From NCBI GenBank assembly GCA_041600715.1, contig JBFIJM010000001.1, positions 448,387-512,386 on the forward strand: 64,000 nt of DNA, given 5' to 3'. Shown piece after piece: positions 19,373 through 27,333 of this stretch. Numbering within the stretch: position 1 is the stretch's first letter; the number at the start of each line of letters is the position of its first letter. The position numbers were made by a program, and so were the translations under genes. This stretch comes from Candidatus Saccharimonadales bacterium (GTDB taxonomy: Bacteria; Patescibacteriota; Saccharimonadia; Saccharimonadales; 2-12-FULL-41-12). The notes under the pieces are model-generated. The model was not told the DNA's origin and did no database searches. It saw nothing but the letters and a program-made list of their open reading frames with translations.

Positions 19373-20659
19373 TTACTCCTTACCTACTAAAGATTCTACG
19401 CCTGGTAGTGTCTTGCCACTCATCAGCTCCATACTTGCTCCACCGCCGGTAGATACATGATCAAAATGCTCAGTAAGTTTTTTGTGCTCGATATATCCCA
19501 CTGTATCGCCTCCACCTAATATGGTGTAAGGTCGGTGTCCAAACTGACCTAACATTGCTTCTACTATTAATTCTGTACCATGAGAAAATGGGCCAGTACT
19601 GTGCTGTATTCCATCTACCTCAGTGACGCCCATCGCTCCGTTCCAGATAACAGTATTTGCAAGTTGCATACTTCCTGCAATGAAAGCTCCTGAAAAAGGA
19701 CCGATATCCAAGATCTTTTCGTTTGTTCCGACTGAACTAGCTTCATGCGGTGGAGTTTTTGGGTAATGCTCTATATCTGCTATCGCATGAGTGCCCCAGT
19801 CAACAATTCTGGTTTTTGCCCCAGAACTTACATCTGTCGCAACAACTCCATCCTGCGGAATATAAAATACAAAATGGCCGTTTTTAGCCTTTTCTTGGGC
19901 GAGGGCAATTATCTCTTTTGCGAGCGGAACGTCATCCTTATCTGCCATACTTGCACCTATTTCTCGCCCACTAGCAAGAAGAAACGTATTACTCATGGCC
20001 CCACCTACTGCAACTACGTCAGCAATATCGATAAATCTTTTTATCATTTCCATCTTATCGCTAATTTTTGCGCCACCAACGACTGCCATTAATGGTCTCT
20101 TCGGTTGTTCCATTGCGTTGTTGATAGCTGAAACTTCCTGTTCTAGCAATAATCCTGCCACGCTATGTATGTGACGAGTTATCGCGTCAGTGCTTGCGTG
20201 CGACCTATGAACTACTCCAAACCCATCCTGCACAAATAGCTCGATACCTTCGGCAAGTTGCCTAGCGAAGTCATCGTTATTTTCTTCCTCTTCGGCGTAA
20301 AAACGCAAATTTTCTAGGAGTAAAACCTCCCCATGCTGTAAGTTTTGTATTTTTTCACGGCTTTCTTGGCCAATACAATTAGTAGCAAACCCGACTTGCC
20401 TATGCAGTAGTTCTCCTAGACGTATAGCCACACTGGCAAGCGAATAATCTTTATTTATTGTTCCTTCAGGGCGACCCAAATGACTACAAATTACAACTTT
20501 ACAATTTTGATCTAGAAGATACCGGATAGTAGGTAGGGATTTTTGGATTCGATAATCATCAGTAATAAGCCCGTCTTTTAGAGGAACATTATAGTCAGCT
20601 CGTACCAGTACAGTCTTACCTTGAACATCGATATCTCTAATTGTCTGCTTGTGAAACAT
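19373..20659 (-). CDS. pgk: Phosphoglycerate kinase
   Basis: VLVRADYNVP, SHLGRP, GGAKISDK, STGGGASMEL motifs. Confidence 0.95.
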   Translation of the reverse strand: MFHKQTIRDIDVQGKTVLVRADYNVPLKDGLITDDYRIQKSLPTIRYLLDQNCKVVICSHLGRPEGTINKDYSLASVAIRLGELLHRQVGFATNCIGQESREKIQNLQHGEVLLLENLRFYAEEEENNDDFARQLAEGIELFVQDGFGVVHRSHASTDAITRHIHSVAGLLLEQEVSAINNAMEQPKRPLMAVVGGAKISDKMEMIKRFIDIADVVAVGGAMSNTFLLASGREIGASMADKDDVPLAKEIIALAQEKAKNGHFVFYIPQDGVVATDVSSGAKTRIVDWGTHAIADIEHYPKTPPHEASSVGTNEKILDIGPFSGAFIAGSMQLANTVIWNGAMGVTEVDGIQHSTGPFSHGTELIVEAMLGQFGHRPYTILGGGDTVGYIEHKKLTEHFDHVSTGGGASMELMSGKTLPGVESLVGKE

Positions 20660-20716
20660 TGTCTAAGTTTGCCACCCTATCTTGCTTCACATTTTATAGT
20701 ATTTTTACTATAAGCA

Positions 20717-22153
20717 CTAGAGTACTCTAACTTTTATTGTGTCAGTGGTGCCGATGACTCCTGGATACTTCCCAGAGGCAGTAACCACTACATCGCCTTT
20801 CTTAAGAACATTAGACCGATGGAGCCAGTTTGTAAGTTTTGTTGCTTGCAGTTTATCATCTGGTCGAACATAGCTCTTTGTCCCATAAACAAGAGCAAGT
20901 TGTTGAGCAACTCGTGGCGTGGATGTCACCGCAATTACCGGCATATTAGGTCTACTCGATGCAACATGTAGGGCTGTCGAGCCAGATTTAGTCTCTGCCA
21001 CAATTGCAACTGCTCGCATTTTTTCGGCGAGTTCTATAACTACACTAGAAATTGACCGCGAACGAAGCTCAGTATCCTCTATCTCGATTACACTTGGCGA
21101 ATGAAGTGCGTGTTGCTGAGTATAATTCACTACTCTTTTCATGACATTAACTGACTCAATTGGATACCGACCATTTGCTGTCTCGTCGCTCAACATTACC
21201 GCATCTGCCCCTAAAAGCACTGCCGTAGCAACATCTGATACCTCAGCTCTGGTCGGTTCGGGTGCTTCGGTCATACTGGCAAGCATCTGAGTGGCTACTA
21301 TTGTTGGCTTAGCGTATTTTAACCCTAACTCAATAATTTGACGCTGAATTATAGGCACTGATTCAGGAGTTGTCTCAATAGCAAGATCGCCCCTGGCAAC
21401 CATTAGTGCATCTGTTTCTTTAGCGATAGACTCTAGCTCTTCCACACCTCGTTTTGTCTCGATTTTAGCTATGATCTTAGCATTAGACCCGAGATTTTTG
21501 AGCATTCGCCGTAGTTTTACAATATCTTGTGCTGTTTGCACAAAACTAAGTGCCACATAATCAATATCTGCGGTTGAACCGAAAGTTATATCCTTTTTGT
21601 CCTTGGTAGTTATGATATCTCCACCAAAGTCTGTGTCAGGTACATTGATTCCTTTGCGTTTGATCAGAATTCCGTCGTTTTCAGCTCTAACATGAACTAA
21701 GCCACTGCTTACTGAACTAACTATCGTCTTAATCTTTCCGTCATATAGATATAGTGCTTCGCCTCGTTTCACCTTTTTACTTAGATCGTACTGAGTAGGG
21801 ATAACGCCGGTATTCGAATAGTCTGATTTGAAGCCAAAAACTAGATGTTGACCGGCAATAACATTAATAATTCCCTCGAAGTCTCCAAGCCTGATCTTTG
21901 GTCCTTGCAAGTCCTGTATGATTGCTACTGGCTTGCCATATTCCAAAGAAGCCTTACGAATCCATTTAATTTGTTCTTCACGTTCTGCGTGAGTTCCATG
22001 ACTAAAATTCAACCGCAGGCCATTAGCTCCAGCTTCGATTAAAGATTTTACCCCAGTATAAGAATTGGTCGAAGGACCAACTGTAGCAACAATCTTTGTA
22101 CGCTTAAAAGATTCTATCGGAATATTTGGAATTTTATTCGTAGTGCCCACCAT
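20717..22153 (-). CDS. pyk: Pyruvate kinase
   Basis: TKIVATVGPS, NFSHG, IAKIETK, MVARGDLAIE, MLSDETANGRYP motifs. Confidence 0.93.
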   Translation of the reverse strand: MVGTTNKIPNIPIESFKRTKIVATVGPSTNSYTGVKSLIEAGANGLRLNFSHGTHAEREEQIKWIRKASLEYGKPVAIIQDLQGPKIRLGDFEGIINVIAGQHLVFGFKSDYSNTGVIPTQYDLSKKVKRGEALYLYDGKIKTIVSSVSSGLVHVRAENDGILIKRKGINVPDTDFGGDIITTKDKKDITFGSTADIDYVALSFVQTAQDIVKLRRMLKNLGSNAKIIAKIETKRGVEELESIAKETDALMVARGDLAIETTPESVPIIQRQIIELGLKYAKPTIVATQMLASMTEAPEPTRAEVSDVATAVLLGADAVMLSDETANGRYPIESVNVMKRVVNYTQQHALHSPSVIEIEDTELRSRSISSVVIELAEKMRAVAIVAETKSGSTALHVASSRPNMPVIAVTSTPRVAQQLALVYGTKSYVRPDDKLQATKLTNWLHRSNVLKKGDVVVTASGKYPGVIGTTDTIKVRVL

Positions 22154-22192
22154 TTACCTTTAGTCTATATGTTTATACTAACTACGGGCAAG

Positions 22193-22771
22193 TTATTTTG
22201 AGACATGAGGGTTGTCCTCTATCCAGAACCGCCAGGGTTTATCCACCTCTTTTGTTATTCCAATCCTTTTTCCAGTCTGTATTTTTGGGACGTCTTGGCG
22301 ATTAATAATATATAAGTTACCTCCGTCCAAAGGTTTGCCGTAATCAGATTTTGTGATTCCCATTGCCTGAACTAATTTTGCTGGACCACTGCATAGATTT
22401 CTTACGTCATTTTGGCCCCGCCTTTGTCTCATAATATCTATACCTTTAACCGGCTCTAAAGCCCTTATTAGGACGCCCTCTCCATGTCCTTCACGGCCAG
22501 AAACGACGTTGAAACAATAGTGCATGCCATAAGTAAAATAAATATAAGCAAAACCTCCAGGGCCAAACATCACCTTATTACGCTCTGTAATGCCCCGGTG
22601 GCTGTGACTAGCAGGATCGTCCTGTGTGTAGGCTTCTGTTTCTACGATTATTCCAGAGGTAACTCCTTCGGAGGTCTCGTGTACTAGTTCACATCCTAGC
22701 AGTGTCTGGGTAAGTCCAAGCGCTTCTTGCCGGAAAAATTCGGCATTTAATATCGAGTTATCTACTTCCAT
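22193..22771 (-). CDS. mpg: DNA-3-methyladenine glycosylase (MPG/AAG family)
   Basis: IVETEAY...DPASHS...GITERNKVMFGPGGFAYIYFTYGMHYCFN. Confidence 0.88.
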   Translation of the reverse strand: MEVDNSILNAEFFRQEALGLTQTLLGCELVHETSEGVTSGIIVETEAYTQDDPASHSHRGITERNKVMFGPGGFAYIYFTYGMHYCFNVVSGREGHGEGVLIRALEPVKGIDIMRQRRGQNDVRNLCSGPAKLVQAMGITKSDYGKPLDGGNLYIINRQDVPKIQTGKRIGITKEVDKPWRFWIEDNPHVSK

Positions 22772-22968
22772 AATTACCTCTGTTATGATACAATGATTCG
22801 GTTACTAAAACTACGTAATCGTTGCATTAACTTGTTACTATCTTCAAAAATGAGTTAGTTCAAGACATACGGTACGCCCGCTAGCTTTATCTCTACGAGA
22901 ACAAGCTAGCCAGCACCTAACACATATGGATCCTACAAAACCATATGAGCCCGCCTTACTCAGATAAT

Positions 22969-23043
22969 GGCCTCATCGTCTAACGGTTAGGACACCAGGT
23001 TTTCATCCTGGCAATCGGGGTTCGATTCCCCGTGAGGTCACCA
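22969..23043 (+). tRNA. tRNA-Glu (anticodon TTC), CCA encoded
   Basis: Manual cloverleaf: GGCCTCA/TGAGGTC acceptor, anticodon stem CCAGG/CCTGG with loop TTTTCAT, T arm CGGGG-TTCGATT-CCCCG. Confidence 0.9.
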
Positions 23044-23079
23044 ATCTAAAAACCCCAGCTTCGTCTGGGGTTTTTAGAT
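23044..23079 (+). terminator. Hairpin terminator directly after tRNA-Glu
   Basis: ATCTAAAAACCCCA / TGGGGTTTTTAGAT 14-bp arms with 8-nt loop; A/T tracts on both sides. Confidence 0.8.
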
Positions 23080-23080
23080 T

Positions 23081-23206
23081 GGCAGGCTCACTCGAGCCAG
23101 CCCGAAACCCGCAGTGGTTCGTTCATGACGATCACGCACAGGAGTTTACTCCGAGCATGTGAGGGGAAATGGTTGTCGCTAAGCGACAACGGATTCCGTG
23201 AGGTCA
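23081..23206 (+). other. tRNA-Glu-linked structured insert ending in a degenerate copy of the tRNA 3' end
   Basis: Ends with GATTCCGTGAGGTCA (23192-23206), against tRNA GATTCCCCGTGAGGTCA (23024-23040). Contains hairpins at 23032-23062 and GTTGTCGC-taa-GCGACAAC (23172-23190). Confidence 0.45.
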
Positions 23207-23357
23207 ATAAAATATTCCCAGCAAAAAAGACCTTTTGTAAGGATTTATTATTTTTTCTGATTATTTTTTAGTTTCTAGAGCGGTCAGTCATGCTCGTACA
23301 ACTAGCGTTATCCTAGCATATTTACTACATTTTTGCTAGTGGTTATGCACAGCTTTC

Positions 23358-24122
23358 TTATATCCTACTCAGACGCCGAGTAAATAAGTGGTGACCAGCT
23401 GTCGCAAGAGTGACAGTACTAGCAAAAAGTACAAAGACTCCTCCCGCACCAGCTTCCGGCAGTACACTCGGCTGGGATGACTGCGATGACGGACTTGTTC
23501 TATCTGTAGGTTTTATTGGTGTCGAAGGAGTGGGCGGAGGAGTTACTGGTGGGGTTACAGGAGGTTGTTCTGGTGGCGTCACTGGTGGCTGAGGACAATC
23601 TACCTTTGCTTTAAATTGGACAAATCGTTTTTCGTTAACCGATACGCCAACGTCGCCTATTGGTACCCCTGATCCACTAGTTACGTCTGAGATACCACGA
23701 ATAAACTCACTGTTTGGCCCAAGCAACTGACTACTTCCTGGAATATAAGCAATCTTTTGGGGTGTAGAGAGATTAACAGTGGCAGTGTCAGACGTATTTG
23801 ACGGACTAGCGTTGCTTGCTCTAATCACAATAGATGAAATATTTTGCGCAGATGAAGCTGTCCCAAACACTGCCTGAACTGTCACACCGGTTAAAGCCTC
23901 GTCTGGCCCAGGATTATGTATTCGTACTTTATATTGCAGAATATCGCATTTATCAGCCAAGGCTGGGTCACTAAAATCGGTACCTTTTGTAACATTACGA
24001 ACCCTATAGATATCTCCACCCTCTGCATATGGCGCCGCAAAAGTCTGTGCCGGCATAGCGGTAATTAACACTGCCAGCCCGAGGACCGCCATAAAACTTT
24101 TGATTGATGCTTGGACCCTCAT
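23358..24122 (-). CDS. LPXTG-type cell-wall-anchored surface protein (254 aa)
   Basis: Signal peptide; beta-rich domain; PPVTPP-rich stalk; C-terminal sorting signal LPEAG plus hydrophobic stretch plus RRLSRI. Confidence 0.8.
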   Translation of the reverse strand: MRVQASIKSFMAVLGLAVLITAMPAQTFAAPYAEGGDIYRVRNVTKGTDFSDPALADKCDILQYKVRIHNPGPDEALTGVTVQAVFGTASSAQNISSIVIRASNASPSNTSDTATVNLSTPQKIAYIPGSSQLLGPNSEFIRGISDVTSGSGVPIGDVGVSVNEKRFVQFKAKVDCPQPPVTPPEQPPVTPPVTPPPTPSTPIKPTDRTSPSSQSSQPSVLPEAGAGGVFVLFASTVTLATAGHHLFTRRLSRI

Positions 24123-24145
24123 TTTATTCTCCTTTACTTCATCTG

Positions 24146-25498
24146 TTAAAACTGATCAGCTAAAACTGGAAATGTGTCCTGTACAATCACGTCTGTTGAG
24201 TTATCTGATGTTCGTTTACTATTGACTATAGTTACTCCATCGAGCAATTCTGCCGAGGCAACTACACTTCCTGGACTTGACGGTGCCTTCACTTGTACGC
24301 ACCTAGTAGTTGCAGACTCGGCATAAACATCGCTTGTAACCTGCCCTATAGCATTGCCATTATTATCACGGAGTCTAAAATTGCGCGCTGTAACTTGATC
24401 GCCGTCAGGATCATAGAGGTTTTTAACGCAAATCTTCCCTATGCCATTGACATACATATGCTGTGGAACCACCATTTCTCCTTGCGGGGGAGAATTCCTT
24501 TCTGGGGTAGGCTGAGGCGAAGGACTAGGACCTGGACTCGGCTGAGGCGTTGGTGATGGTGACGGCGAAGGAGCAGGAGCAGGGCTTATTGTGCTAGATT
24601 CTGAACAGTATGCACTAGCTAACGCTATAGCCTTTGACCGTGCTTCACCACTAGCTTTTAGACTTCCGTTAGATTTCAAAGAACTAATGCGTGATCTAAG
24701 CTTTTTCAACCCGCTTTTTAGGTTCATAGTGGCTTTTGCGTAACCCTCACCTCTCCCATAACCAAAAGCAGAAGTTCCAGCGGTTCTACACTCTGCTCTT
24801 GCCGTGGCTTCAGACCTGGCTACCACGCTTAAATGAGCCTTCCGGTAGTCGTTAACCCAAAATACTTTGCCCCTAATAGCGTGTTTTGGCATCTTTAAAC
24901 GAGCTGCGTTACCGCACGCTTTTCTATACCATTGCCAACCTTTGGATGTTTTAATCTTACAAAAAACAGATCTCCTGGTATCCCTGCCATAAGGTCTGCC
25001 GGATTCTTGGCGACCCTGAGTCCATATATTTACTTTTTTGCCATCAATCACTCTGCAACGATTCTGTTTTTCAGCGCTCTTTAGCCTTTGAGTAGATACT
25101 GTACGGTAATTGCCTAGCACGGTGGCCTTGCTGATAGTTTCTTCAGAAGCTTTACTACCAGCAATCCTGAACTCGAACTTGTTGTTTAGGCTAGTGATCT
25201 CTGTCGATGGTTGCTGAGCTTCCGCCTTCTCGGTATTAATAGACCCTTTTACAGCCGAACTTAGGGCTAAAGTCGCCACACCGATAGTCATAAGCCGTGT
25301 AGCACGATTATGTTTAATGTCATCAAATAATGACGAGGTACCCTGTTCTCCGATATCGCTTGGCGGTATTTGATGACCAGCAAAATCTCTGGAGGAAATA
25401 TCCTGGTTATAGGGAGGTTGTATAGTCTCCTCAAGCCCGATGTCAGGCATAGCCATTGTTTCTAGCGTTCTTGTCATGGTCGACCCCTTCTCGGACAC
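24146..25498 (-). CDS. Single-pass membrane protein with Cys/Arg/Lys-rich ectodomain, PS-rich linker and C-terminal beta domain (450 aa)
   Basis: TM helix LMTIGVATLALSSAV; linker PAPAPSPSPSPTPQPSPGPSPSPQP. Start uncertain (several early Met). 23-nt gap to the downstream LPXTG gene. Confidence 0.65.
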   Translation of the reverse strand: MSEKGSTMTRTLETMAMPDIGLEETIQPPYNQDISSRDFAGHQIPPSDIGEQGTSSLFDDIKHNRATRLMTIGVATLALSSAVKGSINTEKAEAQQPSTEITSLNNKFEFRIAGSKASEETISKATVLGNYRTVSTQRLKSAEKQNRCRVIDGKKVNIWTQGRQESGRPYGRDTRRSVFCKIKTSKGWQWYRKACGNAARLKMPKHAIRGKVFWVNDYRKAHLSVVARSEATARAECRTAGTSAFGYGRGEGYAKATMNLKSGLKKLRSRISSLKSNGSLKASGEARSKAIALASAYCSESSTISPAPAPSPSPSPTPQPSPGPSPSPQPTPERNSPPQGEMVVPQHMYVNGIGKICVKNLYDPDGDQVTARNFRLRDNNGNAIGQVTSDVYAESATTRCVQVKAPSSPGSVVASAELLDGVTIVNSKRTSDNSTDVIVQDTFPVLADQF

Positions 25499-25616
25499 AC
25501 CGAGTTTACTCTAGTTTTCTCCACCAAATAACAAAATATATTCTCGTATCAGGAACGTTCTGTGCCTAAAGAGACTACTTTAGTTACTGTTGCAGATCTA
25601 AATGTACTCCCAATGC

Positions 25617-25654
25617 AAACTGCCCACTGTGAATTAATTTACAGTGGGCAGTTT
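25617..25654. terminator. Perfect 14-bp hairpin (bidirectional terminator) after the 544-aa LPXTG gene
   Basis: AAACTGCCCACTGT - gaattaattt - ACAGTGGGCAGTTT, flanked by A/T runs. Confidence 0.75.
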
Positions 25655-25690
25655 TTAGAGCGATCAGTCAGTGATATGTCTAATGTTGTT

Positions 25691-27304
25691 TTAGGCGACT
25701 GAACGTCGGGCTACAACATAGTAGTAAGCCATAGTACTCGCAGTTGTTACTGCTAAGAACGTAAGTACTGCACTTCCAGCACCTGTCTCAGGCAATTTAC
25801 CTGGGGTTGTTGATACAGGAGTAGTTGGAGTTCCAGGAGTCGTAAATGTAATTGATGTAGCACACTGGTTTCCATCTACTATGAATGTCTCGTTATCTAC
25901 TGCGATCTGAACTTTGAGTCGAGTAGCATACTGACCATCACGTGCATATGTATGCTCAACAACTCTCTGGTCAGTAACGAATTCTTCGCTACCATCACCG
26001 TAGTTAAAGATATAACGCTGGATAGTTGCACCATTGATAGCACTTGCGTTAGCGGTAAATCGTATTTTTCGCCCGCCAATTTTTTCTGCTGTTAATGAGT
26101 CACAGCTATATTCTGGAGTTATGTCTTCATCGCAATCTTCACGAGTGATAACCACGTCTGCAGTATCTCTTACTTCAGTAGGTGTTTGCTTAGAACGAGC
26201 TAGTGCAATATTTCGCACTCGCTTCTGACATTCCTCAAAATCGCCAGATACTGTAGTGTCGAAGATTACGTATCGTCCGCCACCCGAGTTATAAGTCCCG
26301 AGACCTATACCGCCGTTACTGAATACCGGCGCATCTGCTTGTACTCGATCGCCATTCTCATCAATAACTCTTACTGAGCCGTTAACTAAACTTACATGAG
26401 GAGGAAGAACATCGCGTACTGCAACCTCATCTATAGTATCAAGGCCAAGGTTTTTGGTAGAAAGTAGCCATTGAACTCGATCACCTGGCTTTGTCTGAAC
26501 TTCTCGCTTCCAGTCTGTTTCACCAGCTTTTCTTACTTCTTTTACAAGTTGAAGTTCATTGCTTTGTTCTGGGGTAATTTTCAATCGTAACTCGACAACA
26601 CCTTCGTACTCGAAACAGCCAGGAAGGTTACCGTTGAGTGAATCCCATCCGATCTGAGTACCACCGCTAACAATAGAGTCGCTAAGTTGTACTCCGCCAG
26701 CAAATGGCCCGTTGTTATAGAAGGTAGCTGAACCTGGAACGAATTGAACATTGAAAGGTCGGCTAGCGGTCATATCAACTGAGTCAACCACTTCTCTTGG
26801 AGTAGCATTGTCAGCAGTGATTGAAGCTACTGCACGAAGTGCGCTACCTGTGTTTGTTGGTAGCTCTACGCTTACTCGTGTGTTCTTGGCAACACCAAGT
26901 CCACTTGCATTGGTTGTTTGGTTTGCATTGTTGTGAACATACATTCGCAATACAACTTCTTTAGTACCTTCAGTAACATCTGTTACTACATCATATGCAA
27001 CACCTGGCTGATCAGCACGACGGCCGTCAAAGAAGGCTCGTTCGTCTCCGTAACCTGGAGTATTAACAAATGAGTTAAATACAGGACCATTTAATGAGCC
27101 ACAGCGACCATTCTGTGCGCCTGGATCGTTAGGGTCGTTACAGTTACTACTATCGCTACCTTTATTGTAGTCAAATGTTGGCCTATCAGCTGGGAAGAAC
27201 CCTGCGCTTACTGCGAACGGAGCAACGGCTATGCCGACTACCGCTACTGCAACCGCCAACTTAGCCTTACTGCTAAGAGAACGGATTTTATTTAAAATAT
27301 TCAT
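25691..27304 (-). CDS. LPXTG-anchored surface protein with PKD domain
   Basis: Start set to ATG 27304 (MNILNKIRS), which has a GGAGA Shine-Dalgarno 8 nt upstream. Signal peptide; domain homologous to the 254-aa protein; PKD-like IRFTANAS...YIFNYGDGS...HTYARDGQY; C-terminal LPETG plus hydrophobic stretch plus RRSVA. Confidence 0.85.
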   Translation of the reverse strand: MNILNKIRSLSSKAKLAVAVAVVGIAVAPFAVSAGFFPADRPTFDYNKGSDSSNCNDPNDPGAQNGRCGSLNGPVFNSFVNTPGYGDERAFFDGRRADQPGVAYDVVTDVTEGTKEVVLRMYVHNNANQTTNASGLGVAKNTRVSVELPTNTGSALRAVASITADNATPREVVDSVDMTASRPFNVQFVPGSATFYNNGPFAGGVQLSDSIVSGGTQIGWDSLNGNLPGCFEYEGVVELRLKITPEQSNELQLVKEVRKAGETDWKREVQTKPGDRVQWLLSTKNLGLDTIDEVAVRDVLPPHVSLVNGSVRVIDENGDRVQADAPVFSNGGIGLGTYNSGGGRYVIFDTTVSGDFEECQKRVRNIALARSKQTPTEVRDTADVVITREDCDEDITPEYSCDSLTAEKIGGRKIRFTANASAINGATIQRYIFNYGDGSEEFVTDQRVVEHTYARDGQYATRLKVQIAVDNETFIVDGNQCATSITFTTPGTPTTPVSTTPGKLPETGAGSAVLTFLAVTTASTMAYYYVVARRSVA

Positions 27305-27333
27305 AGTAATTTCTCCTCTATTCATTTCTTAGA

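Noticed and set aside
22880-22910. Inverted repeat GCTAGCTT...AAGCTAGC upstream of tRNA-Glu as terminator or operator
   Set aside because: It has 8-bp arms with a 15-nt loop, no T-run, and is not repeated elsewhere in the window. The evidence is insufficient for any call.
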